NCBI GenBank assembly: GCA_022764165.1
Contig: JALERM010000155.1
Coordinates: forward strand, 12-64,011
DNA: 64,000 nt
Direction of reading: 5' to 3'
Source: Eubacterium sp.
GTDB taxonomy: Bacteria; Bacillota; Clostridia; Lachnospirales; Lachnospiraceae
A program made the position numbers and the translations under genes. Shown here in pieces: positions 27,241-36,687 of the stretch (the first letter of the stretch is position 1; each line of letters begins with the position of its first letter). The notes under the pieces were generated by a model. That model saw only the letters and a list, made by a program, of their open reading frames with translations, ran no database searches and was not told where the DNA came from.

Positions 27241-27380
27241 GTATAGCCGGCTGTAGGTTTTCGGTAGGCTATGATAGATAGTTTTGAACTATTTCTCCTA
27301 CCTTTTTTCGCCTGTGGTAGGCTGCAAGAAGCGAAAAAAGTAAGCCACATAAGCTAGAAACAGCTTTTGCAGCTTACTCC
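27241..27380. repeat. Cluster of short GTAGG/CCTAC palindromes (REP-like)
   Basis: GGTAGG...CCTACC, CTTTTTTCGC...GCGAAAAAAG, GTAAGC...GCTTAC. Shares GTAGGCTGCA with 40202. Confidence 0.5.
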
Positions 27381-27427
27381 CCACAATAGTATAACAGGAA
27401 TACACCATCAAAATCAGGTGCTCACCA

Positions 27428-29089
27428 TCAATTGTCCCCCATCGCTTCCCGCACATGTCGTATAAAGATTTCATGCACCTTTGTATATTCCCCCAGTCCT
27501 TTCAGTACACACTCCACAGGGAATCCTGCTGCCTCGAACTGGCATCGCCAGGAATCCGGATCGTCACTGGCCATATCGTTGTGGGCATGGTCTCCGGCGA
27601 CGATCATAAAGGGAGCCAGCACCACTTTCGAGGGATTTTGCTCCCGAACCACTTTCAGAAGAGTTTCCATAGAAGGGTAAGCCTCCACCGTTCCCAGATG
27701 GATGTTGGGATATCCTTTATCCTTAAAGGTATAATCCAGTGCCGCATAGATGGCGTTGGCATAATGTGTCGTTCCATGTCCCATGAGTACCAGTGCTTCA
27801 TCAGCTTTCAGATAAGAAAACTCCTGATGGATTGCTTCAATCATATCACAGTTATCCTGTTCGCTGGTGAGAAGCGGAGTACCGAAAGTAATACTGTGAA
27901 AAGAATCACGACAGGAAAGGGCATCATCCTTCATCAGATCATTTTCAATTCCGTTGATTACATGAGTTGGCTGGATGAGTACATCTGTAATGCCGTCATC
28001 CCGCATCTGTTCCATGGCCTCTTTCACATTATTAATCTTGATTCCATCCCGTTTCAAAAGTTTGGCCATAATCATTTTGCTGGTCCAGGCACGGTAAATT
28101 TTCCAATCAGAGAAGGCATCTCCAATTTTACTCTCGATAACATCGATTGTTTTCTCTCTGGTGGGGTTGTAGCTTGTGCCGAAGCTGACAACAAGGATTG
28201 CTTTCTTTGATTCCTGCATGATTTTTCCTCCGTGGTATGTTCTTTCGCTGATAGCAGCAATATAAGATTCCAGTTGCTGTAAACTGTGTGGAATAGGAAG
28301 CGAAGTTTTCAATATCCCCTTTTTACAAAGACTGTCAAAAAGCTGCAGACAGGCAGGCTGTTCCAGATTGGTGGACGCCAGGGCAGATTTGTTGGAAAAA
28401 ACCTGTTCCGGTGTGCCATGAATCAATACTTTTCCGTCTTTAAAAAGAAATACATCGTCTGCCCAGGCCATGGCATAATTGACATCATGGGTTGCCATCA
28501 TAACCGTAATGCCATTTTCCGTCAACTGGTCAACAATTTTATTAACCATAGTGGTATGTTTGGGATCCAGTGCTGCTGCAGGCTCATCCAGAATGATGAT
28601 ATCAGGGTTCATAACCAGAATATCAGCAATGGAAACCTGCTTCTTTTGTCCGCCGCTCAGAGCGTGGGTGGGCTTGTGGCGGAAAGGTGTAATCTCCAGA
28701 TAATCAATCACTTGTTCCACCTGTTCTTTTGCTTCGTCTTCCGGAACTCCCAGATTCAGAATACCAAAAGATATTTCCTGATAAACACTTGCAGAAAACA
28801 ACTGATTGTCAGGGTCCTGAAATACAATGCCGACTTTGCTTCGCAATTTAAGAAGCCCTTTGCGAGAATAATCAACCGGTTCCCCATTAAAATAGAGAGT
28901 ACCTGAGGAGGGTTGATGGATACCATTACAGCAGAGAAAAAATGTGGATTTCCCTGAGCCGTTTGCCCCCATGAAGGCAATTTTATGACCTCTTTTGATT
29001 TCAAGAGAAAGACCGTTCAGAGAATGTGTTTTTTCATTATCATAGGAAAAAAATAAATTGTCGGCTTTCAATATAATGTCTTCATTCAT
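27428..29089 (-). CDS. Fusion of cobalt ECF ATPase CbiO (aa 1-~290) and sirohydrochlorin cobaltochelatase CbiK (aa 291-553)
   Basis: GANGSGKST, FQDPD.QLF, LSGGQKK, LDEP, then SFGTS, MGHGT, AGDHAHNDM. Internal GGAGG-N7-ATG at 28219. Confidence 0.9.
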   Translation of the reverse strand: MNEDIILKADNLFFSYDNEKTHSLNGLSLEIKRGHKIAFMGANGSGKSTFFLCCNGIHQPSSGTLYFNGEPVDYSRKGLLKLRSKVGIVFQDPDNQLFSASVYQEISFGILNLGVPEDEAKEQVEQVIDYLEITPFRHKPTHALSGGQKKQVSIADILVMNPDIIILDEPAAALDPKHTTMVNKIVDQLTENGITVMMATHDVNYAMAWADDVFLFKDGKVLIHGTPEQVFSNKSALASTNLEQPACLQLFDSLCKKGILKTSLPIPHSLQQLESYIAAISERTYHGGKIMQESKKAILVVSFGTSYNPTREKTIDVIESKIGDAFSDWKIYRAWTSKMIMAKLLKRDGIKINNVKEAMEQMRDDGITDVLIQPTHVINGIENDLMKDDALSCRDSFHSITFGTPLLTSEQDNCDMIEAIHQEFSYLKADEALVLMGHGTTHYANAIYAALDYTFKDKGYPNIHLGTVEAYPSMETLLKVVREQNPSKVVLAPFMIVAGDHAHNDMASDDPDSWRCQFEAAGFPVECVLKGLGEYTKVHEIFIRHVREAMGDN

Positions 29090-29100
29090 AGATTAACCTT

Positions 29101-29874
29101 TCAAAAATACTTGAATAAAACAGTAAGTGACAACAATACAATCTCAAATACAGCAATAGCTAAAATGTTCTTTTTTTTCGGCGGAACTGTTTCATTCAGT
29201 ACATGGATAGTTCCGTCATAACAGCGCGATTCCATCGCATCATACAAGGCATTTGCCCGTTTAAAAGAGCGGATAAAAAGTACAGAGACCATAGCACTGA
29301 AAGATTTCAGAGAAGTTTTATAGTCCTTATTGCCCAGGCGGGATTGCTGCGAGGTTGTGATCGCTGATGCTACGCTCAGAAGTACGAAGATAAAGCGATA
29401 GATCAAAAGCATCAGTTCAATCAGCAATTTGGGGCAATGCATGGTTCCCAGTACATTCAGGATATCCGGTATAGGTGTACTGAATGATAAAAAATACAGA
29501 CAGGATACAGAGGAGAGTGCTGTCAGTATCAGTTGAAGGGAGTACCGGAAAGAATCCCGGCTGCTGGTCAGATACCAGCTTCCCATGGGGATGGCAAACA
29601 GATCCAGCGGTGTGCGGGAAATATTGAACATAATGGCAAGGGTACTAAGAATCAGGAATGCCAGGGGTATCGTCATAAAATGCATATAACGGAAAAGAGG
29701 GACTCCGCCCTTATATACGGTCAGAATCCCTGTGGCTGTCAATACAATACATGCAATCACAATTGAACGACTGATTACACAGAGAAGTAGTGTAATAATT
29801 GTGAAGGCAAATTTTTCCCCGGCGTTTACATATCTAAGCTTGGAATTATAACAAAGCTTGTCGATCGTAATCAT
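29101..29874 (-). CDS. cbiQ: Cobalt ECF transporter T component
   Basis: LIYRFIFVL, SQQSRLG, AMESRCYDG. Confidence 0.92.
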   Translation of the reverse strand: MITIDKLCYNSKLRYVNAGEKFAFTIITLLLCVISRSIVIACIVLTATGILTVYKGGVPLFRYMHFMTIPLAFLILSTLAIMFNISRTPLDLFAIPMGSWYLTSSRDSFRYSLQLILTALSSVSCLYFLSFSTPIPDILNVLGTMHCPKLLIELMLLIYRFIFVLLSVASAITTSQQSRLGNKDYKTSLKSFSAMVSVLFIRSFKRANALYDAMESRCYDGTIHVLNETVPPKKKNILAIAVFEIVLLSLTVLFKYF

Positions 29875-29898
29875 CGAAAACTCCTTTCGCCGGTAAGA

Positions 29899-30204
29899 CT
29901 ATTCTTCATGTCCCAGTTTTTTACGTTCTACCAGACGGCCCATGCAGAAAGCAATGACTCCCACACCGATTCCGGTCTGAATACAGAACAGAAGACTTTC
30001 AACTTCACCCGGAAGCTCTCCTCCGATAAGATTTTCAATCAAAGGTGCGGCAATAGGTTCAAAGCTGGAATTTACTTCCTCTACAACAGTACTTCCGGCA
30101 TCATCAGAACCGCCGAACTCAGCATCTTTCAAAGCAAACAGCGGGATGAAGGCCATCAGGAAAATAACAACAATTAAAACAATTACAATATTACGCTTTT
30201 TCAT
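29899..30204 (-). CDS. cbiN: Cobalt transport protein CbiN
   Basis: FGGSDDAG, GEVESLLFCIQTGIG. Confidence 0.93.
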   Translation of the reverse strand: MKKRNIVIVLIVVIFLMAFIPLFALKDAEFGGSDDAGSTVVEEVNSSFEPIAAPLIENLIGGELPGEVESLLFCIQTGIGVGVIAFCMGRLVERKKLGHEE

Positions 30205-30205
30205 A

Positions 30206-30952
30206 TTATCTGGCCTCCTTCATAAATCCAATTGCTTTCAGCTCCGGTCTGGCGTAGGTCTCCAGTGCCATCATGATCATACAGGTGAGTAGTCCTTCGA
30301 TGATAGCCAATGGGATCTGCGTCGGAGCAAATACCATCATAAATTTTCCCATAGCACCCATGACAGTGGTATCCGCATGGTGAGCCAGAGACAGCTGGAT
30401 GGCAGTCACACAGTAAGTAAACAGATCACCGAGACAGGCTGCCAGGAAAACAGTGACATATGTATTGACTTTGCATTTTTTGCAGAGTCTGTATATACCG
30501 TAGGAAACCAGCGGTCCGGCAATCGCCATAGAGAATGTATTTGCACCGATGGTAGTAAGTCCGCCATGAGCCAGCAAAACAGCCTGAAACAGAAGGACAA
30601 TCAGTCCCAGTACACTTACAGCGGCAGGTCCGAACAAAATAGCTCCCAGTCCGGTACCCGTCATGTGAGAACAGCTTCCCGTCACAGAGGGAATCTTAAG
30701 AGAAGATATTACAAAAATAAAAGCTCCGGACATAGCCAGCAAAATCAGTGCTTTCCGATTTTCGTTCAATACCTTTTTAATAGACATAAATCCTGCTGCA
30801 AGAAATGGCAGGCAGATGACACCCCAGGCCACACAGAATCCTACAGGAAGGTAACCTTCCATGATGTGCATGGCACTTGCAGCCGGCATTAGGCCAAAAT
30901 ACAGTGAGAGTGCGCTGATGACAGCAATGATACGTTTTTGTTTGTGAGTCAT
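30206..30952 (-). CDS. cbiM: Cobalt ECF S component CbiM
   Basis: Signal peptide then MHIMEGYLP, GSCSHMTG, HGGLTT.GAN. Confidence 0.95.
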   Translation of the reverse strand: MTHKQKRIIAVISALSLYFGLMPAASAMHIMEGYLPVGFCVAWGVICLPFLAAGFMSIKKVLNENRKALILLAMSGAFIFVISSLKIPSVTGSCSHMTGTGLGAILFGPAAVSVLGLIVLLFQAVLLAHGGLTTIGANTFSMAIAGPLVSYGIYRLCKKCKVNTYVTVFLAACLGDLFTYCVTAIQLSLAHHADTTVMGAMGKFMMVFAPTQIPLAIIEGLLTCMIMMALETYARPELKAIGFMKEAR

Positions 30953-31022
30953 TTTTTTCTCCTTTCATGCTCTTCCATAGATTGAAGTACGTCAGGACGT
31001 ACTTTATCTCGTAATGAGATAA

Positions 31023-31060
31023 ACAAAAAAACACCGAATCGTAATATACGACCGGTGTAT
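31023..31060 (-). terminator. Riboswitch-controlled intrinsic terminator upstream of cbiM
   Basis: Minus strand ACACCGGTCGT-ATATT-ACGATTCGGTGT followed by a T-run. Confidence 0.7.
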
Positions 31061-31184
31061 GGAAGGGTCTGTGTAATGGCAGATAAAGAGCAGCTGTTCA
31101 GACAGCCCTGGTGAACAGATCTGGTATCTCCCACAGACATTTCCTACACTCAGCCATCGTTCGTAACTTAAGTGTACTCTCGTG

Positions 31185-31350
31185 CGGTGGGCAGGTCTTC
31201 TGGCTCAGGAGTCAACACAATAACTTCGCCTTCCCAGTTTCCTAGTGACATTTTGAAGTATGCTCGTCCATTACAGCGGCGTGACCGCGGGGGAATATAA
31301 CCCCTCTTCTCTCTTAGCCTGTGGAGAAAAACACAGGAACCTCACCACAT
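31185..31350 (-). ncRNA. Cobalamin riboswitch
   Basis: Minus strand AGGTTCC...AAGAGAGAAG..GG..ATTCC..CGCGGTCACGCCGCTGTAA...CACTAGGAAACTGGGAAGG...GAGCCAGAAGACCTGCC (B12 box). Promoter TTGACT(31391-31386)-17-TAAACT. Confidence 0.93.
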
Positions 31351-31404
31351 TCAATTGTAAATAGTTTACTCTTGAGAACGATAAAAGTCAACCTCTTTAT
31401 TCGC

Positions 31405-31433
31405 TTGACTTTCATTTGAAAATGAAATACAAT
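31405..31433 (+). promoter_or_regulatory. hemA sigmaA promoter with spacer palindrome
   Basis: TTGACT-17-TACAAT. TTTCATTT-GA-AAATGAAA at 31410-31427. Confidence 0.65.
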
Positions 31434-31532
31434 TCAGGAGATTATCGATGAGGCCAATAATGGCCGCTTATGCACGTTTTAAGAGAAGAGATGAGCTTTA
31501 AAAAGCAATCAGAAATGCCGGAGGAACAAAAG

Positions 31533-32762
31533 ATGAGCATACGCATGGTGGGAATCGACCATAACAGAGCAAATGTTGATATCAGGGCCCTGTTTTCATT
31601 TACGAAAAAAGGTGCGGCAGAGACAATGGAGCTATGGAAAGAGATACCGGGAATTCGGGGATGTATTATCCTTTCAACCTGCAACCGCATGGAAATCTGG
31701 GTCAGTACCGATGAAGAATGGGCGGGCTCACTTCTGGAGGAACTTTGTAAAATAAAAGGAAAGGATCCGGAGCAGTACCGTTCCTGCTTTGTGTGCAGGG
31801 AGGGAAGAGAGGCGGCGGACCATCTCTTTCATCTGACCTGTGGACTGAAATCCATGATTCTGGCAGAAGATCAGATCATTTCTCAGGTTAAAGATGCCCT
31901 TTCCCTGGCGAGAGAACATTTTACTACAGACAATGTGCTGGAAGTATTATTCCGTAAAGCTGTGACTGCGGGGAAAAAAGTAAAGACAAATGTCGTATTT
32001 TCCCATGCCAGCCAGACGGCGATGGATCAGGCCGTCGAGATGCTGCGTGAAGAAAATTTTGACTTTGCGGGTGCTTCCTGTATGGTGATCGGAAATGGTG
32101 AGATGGGCAAACTGGCTGCTCAGACCTTGAAAGAAGCCGGAGCCAGTGTGACAGTGACTGTCCGGCAGTATCGCAGCGGTATTGTCAGCATTCCATCGGG
32201 ATGTTCCCGGATTAATTATGGGGAGCGCCTGGAAAAAATACCCTCCTGTCGGGTGGTTGTAAGCGCAACCTCCAGTCCCAATTATACACTGACCCGGGAA
32301 CAGATGGAACAGTTGTATCTTCCGGCAAATCTGATTCTGATTGATCTGGCGGTACCCAGAGATATCGAGCCGTCAGTGGGACAGATGCCGGGAATCCGTT
32401 TGTATACCATTGACGATTTCAAAAGAAAAGATCTGGATATAAAGACCCGGGAATCCCTGCAGCAGGCAGAAGAAATTCTGAAAGAAGAGATGGATGATTT
32501 CTACGCCTGGCTCGAAGGACGGGATATGATTCCACGGATTCAGGAGATCCAGCAGGATGCGGTGACCGATCTGAATCTGCGGCTGCACAAAATTCTGCAG
32601 AAGCTTCCGCTGCAGGCAGAAGAGAAGGAAGAACTGGAGCATGCCATTGACATCGCAGCGGGAAAAGTGGTTGGCAAAATGCTGTTTGGGTTAAGAGATG
32701 CTCTGAATAAAGAGCTTTTTTCAGAATGTGTGGAAGGGTTGGAAAAACTATATGAAGAGTAA
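31533..32762 (+). CDS. hemA: Glutamyl-tRNA reductase
   Basis: LSTCNRME, EDQIISQVK, GNGEMG, DLAVPRDIE. Start at ATG 31533 after GGAGG. Confidence 0.95.
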   Translation: MSIRMVGIDHNRANVDIRALFSFTKKGAAETMELWKEIPGIRGCIILSTCNRMEIWVSTDEEWAGSLLEELCKIKGKDPEQYRSCFVCREGREAADHLFHLTCGLKSMILAEDQIISQVKDALSLAREHFTTDNVLEVLFRKAVTAGKKVKTNVVFSHASQTAMDQAVEMLREENFDFAGASCMVIGNGEMGKLAAQTLKEAGASVTVTVRQYRSGIVSIPSGCSRINYGERLEKIPSCRVVVSATSSPNYTLTREQMEQLYLPANLILIDLAVPRDIEPSVGQMPGIRLYTIDDFKRKDLDIKTRESLQQAEEILKEEMDDFYAWLEGRDMIPRIQEIQQDAVTDLNLRLHKILQKLPLQAEEKEELEHAIDIAAGKVVGKMLFGLRDALNKELFSECVEGLEKLYEE

Positions 32763-33228
32763 ACAGTATTTTCCACTTTTTGTGGATATCAGTGATAAAA
32801 AGATTGTGGTGGTGGGTGCAGGAAAAATCGCTGCAAGAAGAGTGAAGACACTGGTGGATTTCGGTGCTGCCATCGTTGTGGTGGCACCTCAGATTTCCCC
32901 GGAACTGGAACAGCTGGAGCAGGAACATAAGATTACTCTCATCCGAAGGGAATACCAGAGAGAAGATATCTATGATGCCTGGATGGTTCTTGCTGTCACA
33001 GATAATGAAAAACTAAATGAAGAAATCTACAGTGTGGCAAAATGCCTGGGTGCGCTGGTCAATGTAGCCAGCAATCAAAAGAAATGTGATTTCCATTTTC
33101 CGGGTATTATCAAAAATGAATCCTATGTGGTGGGAATTAATGGCGGTGGGCAAAATCACCACGGCGTCGCAGTTTTGAGAGGAAAAGTAGAAAAATGTCT
33201 GGAAGACTGGGAGGAGCATGAGGAATGA
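32752..33228 (+). CDS. Precorrin-2 dehydrogenase/ferrochelatase (SirC/Met8/CysG-N-like)
   Basis: FPLFVD, VVGAGKIAARR, LVNVA, CDFHFP. Confidence 0.88.
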   Translation: MKSKQYFPLFVDISDKKIVVVGAGKIAARRVKTLVDFGAAIVVVAPQISPELEQLEQEHKITLIRREYQREDIYDAWMVLAVTDNEKLNEEIYSVAKCLGALVNVASNQKKCDFHFPGIIKNESYVVGINGGGQNHHGVAVLRGKVEKCLEDWEEHEE

Positions 33229-34109
33229 GCAGACAGATTCGTATAGGAAGCAGAGAGAGCCGTCTGGCGGTGATTCAGAGCGAGATGGTGATGGAGTATC
33301 TGAAAAAAGAATGCCCCGGGGATGAGATTACGCTGGTGACCATGAAAACCACCGGCGATAAGATTCTGGACAGAACCCTGGACAAAATCGGAGGAAAAGG
33401 ATTATTTGTTAAAGAGCTGGACCGGGCTTTGATGGACAACAGAACAGACTTGTCAGTACATAGTCTGAAGGATATGCCGATGGAAGTTCCCGTTGAACTG
33501 CCTTTGATTGCATTTTCCCGGAGGGAGGATCCCAGAGATGTACTGGTACTGCCCGAGGGGAGTGATACCTGGGATACTTCTCTGCCGCTGGGGTGCTCCA
33601 GTCAGAGAAGAATCCTGCAGCTGAAGGAACTGTATCCTCAGGTGGAGTGTAAAAGTGTCAGAGGAAATGTGCTGACCCGGCTGCAGAAGCTTGACAGTGG
33701 AGAGTACGGTGCCCTGGTTCTGGCGGCCGCCGGACTGAAACGGCTGGGGCTGGAACACAGAATCTCCCGGTACTTTGATCCGGAAGAAATCATACCGGCA
33801 GCAGGTCAGGGAATCCTGGCAGTGCAGGGAAAAAAAGGTGAAGACTATTCTTATATGAAGAATTTTGCAGACCGTGATGCAGCTGCAGCTGCCTGCTGTG
33901 AGAGGGCGTTTGTGCGGTATCTGGACGGCGGATGCTCCTCACCGGTGGCAGCCCATGCCCGGGTGATCGGTGACCGCATTTCTCTCCTGGGTCTGTATTA
34001 TGACGAAAGCACAGGAACCTGCCGAAAAGGAAGTCTGGAGGGAGCGGTGCCGGAAGCGGAAACACTGGGAATTTGTCTGGCAAAACAGTTGAAAGAGGAT
34101 GGAAAATGA
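33225..34109 (+). CDS. hemC: Hydroxymethylbilane synthase
   Basis: GSRESRLA, GGKGLFVKE, VHSLKDMP, LDGGCSSP. Confidence 0.97.
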   Translation: MSRQIRIGSRESRLAVIQSEMVMEYLKKECPGDEITLVTMKTTGDKILDRTLDKIGGKGLFVKELDRALMDNRTDLSVHSLKDMPMEVPVELPLIAFSRREDPRDVLVLPEGSDTWDTSLPLGCSSQRRILQLKELYPQVECKSVRGNVLTRLQKLDSGEYGALVLAAAGLKRLGLEHRISRYFDPEEIIPAAGQGILAVQGKKGEDYSYMKNFADRDAAAAACCERAFVRYLDGGCSSPVAAHARVIGDRISLLGLYYDESTGTCRKGSLEGAVPEAETLGICLAKQLKEDGK

Positions 34110-35611
34110 TGAAAAAACAGGGCAAAGTATGGCTGGTAGGCGCAGGTCCCGGAGATGCGGGGCTGCTGACCGTCAAAGGGAAAAAGATTCTGGAACAGGC
34201 GGAAGTGGTGGTATATGACAGTCTGGTAGGTGACAGTGTACTTTCCATGATACCCCGGACAGCACGGCTGATTAACGTAGGAAAACGGGCCGGTAACCAT
34301 CTGATGAAGCAGGAAGGAATCAATCAGGTTCTGCTGGAAGAAGCACAAAATGGATATCGTGTTGTCCGTCTGAAGGGCGGCGATCCCTTCCTTTTCGGCC
34401 GGGGAGGAGAGGAGTTGGAACTTCTGGCAGAGCATCAGATTCCTTTCGAAGTGGTGCCGGGAGTGACCTCCAGTATTGCAGTGCCGGCCTATAACGGCAT
34501 ACCGGTGACTCACAGAGATTTCTGTTCATCGGTACACATCATTACCGGTCACAAAAAGGCCGGACAGGAATATAACATTGATTTCGAAGCCCTGGTCCGC
34601 ACCGGTGGTACTCTGGTATTTCTGATGGGAGTGACGGCACTGCAGGATATCTGCAGCCATTTGCTTGCTGCAGGGATGAATCCGGACACACCGGCAGCCA
34701 TTCTCCAGCAGGGAACAACGGCAGGACAGAAAAAAATCGTGGCTACCGTGGCAACCCTGAAACAGGAAGTAGACCGTCAGGGTATTGAAACACCGGCGAT
34801 TATCGTGGTGGGCGGAGTATGCAGTACGGCTGAAAAATTCACCTGGTACGAAAAATTGCCTCTTTCCGGTTGTAAAGTACTGGTGACCAGACCAAAAGAA
34901 CTGATCTCCTCCATGGCTGAAAAACTGCGGGAGCAGGGAGCTGAGGTACTGGAACTTCCGGCAATTGCAGTTGCTCCCGTAAAAGAGAAAGAACAGATAC
35001 AGGCATGCCTGAATCACATAGAAACCTATCAGTGGATCGCCTTTACCAGTCCCAGCGGTGTGAGGATATTTTTTGAACTGCTCCTGGAGGAAGGCAAAGA
35101 CATCCGCTCACTTGGCGGCGTAAAAATCGCTGCCATCGGAAAAGGAACGCAGAAAGCACTGAAACAGTGGGGAATTTATCCGGATCTGATGCCGGAAGTA
35201 TTTGACGGAGCATCCCTGGGCAGGAAAATGGCAGAAACCTGCGAAGAAAATGCATCGATACTGATCCCGAGAGCTGCCATCGGAAACAGAGAAATTATTG
35301 AGGAACTGTCTCAAAGACCGGATCTTCATATCGATGATGTGGCCACTTATGACACCACGTATGAAAAACAGGAACTGATCAATGTGGCCGCTGAATTTGA
35401 GCAGGGAAAAATCACATACGCTGTATTTACCAGTGCTTCCACCGTGCGGGGCTTCGTGCAGGCTGTGCCGGATCTGGATTACACCTGCGTCAATGCCCTC
35501 TGCATCGGAAAACAGACAGAAGCGGAAGCCAAAAAATACGGTATGAAAACCTGGGTGTCCCAAGAGGCATCTATTGACAGTCTGGTGGAACTGGTTATAC
35601 AATTAGCTTAG
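34106..35611 (+). CDS. Uroporphyrinogen-III C-methyltransferase/synthase fusion (CobA-HemD)
   Basis: GAGPGD, RLKGGDPFLFGRGGEE, then VLVTRP, FTSPSGV, FTSASTV. Confidence 0.95.
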   Translation: MMKKQGKVWLVGAGPGDAGLLTVKGKKILEQAEVVVYDSLVGDSVLSMIPRTARLINVGKRAGNHLMKQEGINQVLLEEAQNGYRVVRLKGGDPFLFGRGGEELELLAEHQIPFEVVPGVTSSIAVPAYNGIPVTHRDFCSSVHIITGHKKAGQEYNIDFEALVRTGGTLVFLMGVTALQDICSHLLAAGMNPDTPAAILQQGTTAGQKKIVATVATLKQEVDRQGIETPAIIVVGGVCSTAEKFTWYEKLPLSGCKVLVTRPKELISSMAEKLREQGAEVLELPAIAVAPVKEKEQIQACLNHIETYQWIAFTSPSGVRIFFELLLEEGKDIRSLGGVKIAAIGKGTQKALKQWGIYPDLMPEVFDGASLGRKMAETCEENASILIPRAAIGNREIIEELSQRPDLHIDDVATYDTTYEKQELINVAAEFEQGKITYAVFTSASTVRGFVQAVPDLDYTCVNALCIGKQTEAEAKKYGMKTWVSQEASIDSLVELVIQLA

Positions 35612-35703
35612 GATTTCGGAAGCACGAAGTGGGTCGAAATCCGTGTATCAGAGGGGCAGCATACCTTTTGCCCCGATATCATATAAACGAGGAGATGTTA
35701 AGT

Positions 35704-36687
35704 ATGGATATGATAAAAAGACCCCGGAGACTCCGCAGCGGTGAGTATCTGCGGAAAATGGTCCGGGAGACCAGAATGGATAAGTCTTCTCTGATTTATC
35801 CGTTGTTTGTGCAGGAAGGTATCGGACGGGAAGATGAGATTCCTTCTATGCCGGGACAGTTTCGCTATACGCTGGACCGGCTCCCTTATGAGCTGGAGCG
35901 TCTGGCAAAAGCCGGGGTGGGAAGTCTGATGATTTTCGGCATTCCGGATCACAAAGATGAGATTGCCAGTCAGGCGTATGCCCAGGATGGCATTGTGCAG
36001 CGTGCACTGGAAATGGGAAAAGCACAGTTTCCGGAACTTTACTATATTACCGATGTATGTCTCTGTGAGTACACCTCTCATGGACACTGCGGCATGCTCT
36101 GCGGTCATGAGGTGGAAAATGACAGCACCCTGAATCTTCTGGCGAAGACAGCTCTGTCCCACGTTCAGGCGGGGGCAGATATGGTGGCACCATCGGATAT
36201 GATGGACGGCCGTGTGCTGGCAATCCGGAACATGCTGGATAAAAACGGACACAAAGAAACCCCGATTATGTCCTATGCGGTCAAATACGCTTCCTCTTTC
36301 TACGGTCCTTTCCGTCAGGCAGCAGATTCTGCCCCGGCTTTCGGTGACAGAAAAAGCTATCAGATGGATCCGCACAACAGCAGAGAGGGTATCAAAGAGG
36401 CACTTCTGGATGTGGAAGAAGGAGCCGATATCGTGATGGTAAAACCGGCCCTGTCTTATCTGGATATGATTACCCGTGTCCGGGAAGTGACCAATGTACC
36501 GGTGGCTGCCTACAGTGTCAGCGGCGAATACGCCATGGTGAAAGCGGCAGCAGCCAACGGCTGGATCGATGAAGAGAGAATCATGTGTGAGATGGCGGTC
36601 AGCGCCTATCGCGCTGGGGCACAGATTTATCTCACCTATTATGCAAAAGAACTGGCAAAATGTATGGACGAAGGGAGAATCGGATAA
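35704..36687 (+). CDS. hemB: Porphobilinogen synthase
   Basis: RPRRLR, DVCLCEYTSHGHCG, SDMMDGR, MVKPAL, YSVSGEY. Confidence 0.97.
   Translation: MDMIKRPRRLRSGEYLRKMVRETRMDKSSLIYPLFVQEGIGREDEIPSMPGQFRYTLDRLPYELERLAKAGVGSLMIFGIPDHKDEIASQAYAQDGIVQRALEMGKAQFPELYYITDVCLCEYTSHGHCGMLCGHEVENDSTLNLLAKTALSHVQAGADMVAPSDMMDGRVLAIRNMLDKNGHKETPIMSYAVKYASSFYGPFRQAADSAPAFGDRKSYQMDPHNSREGIKEALLDVEEGADIVMVKPALSYLDMITRVREVTNVPVAAYSVSGEYAMVKAAAANGWIDEERIMCEMAVSAYRAGAQIYLTYYAKELAKCMDEGRIG

Noticed and set aside
34106-35611. CobA-HemD fusion as a novelty
   Set aside because: This is a well-known, common fusion in Clostridia.
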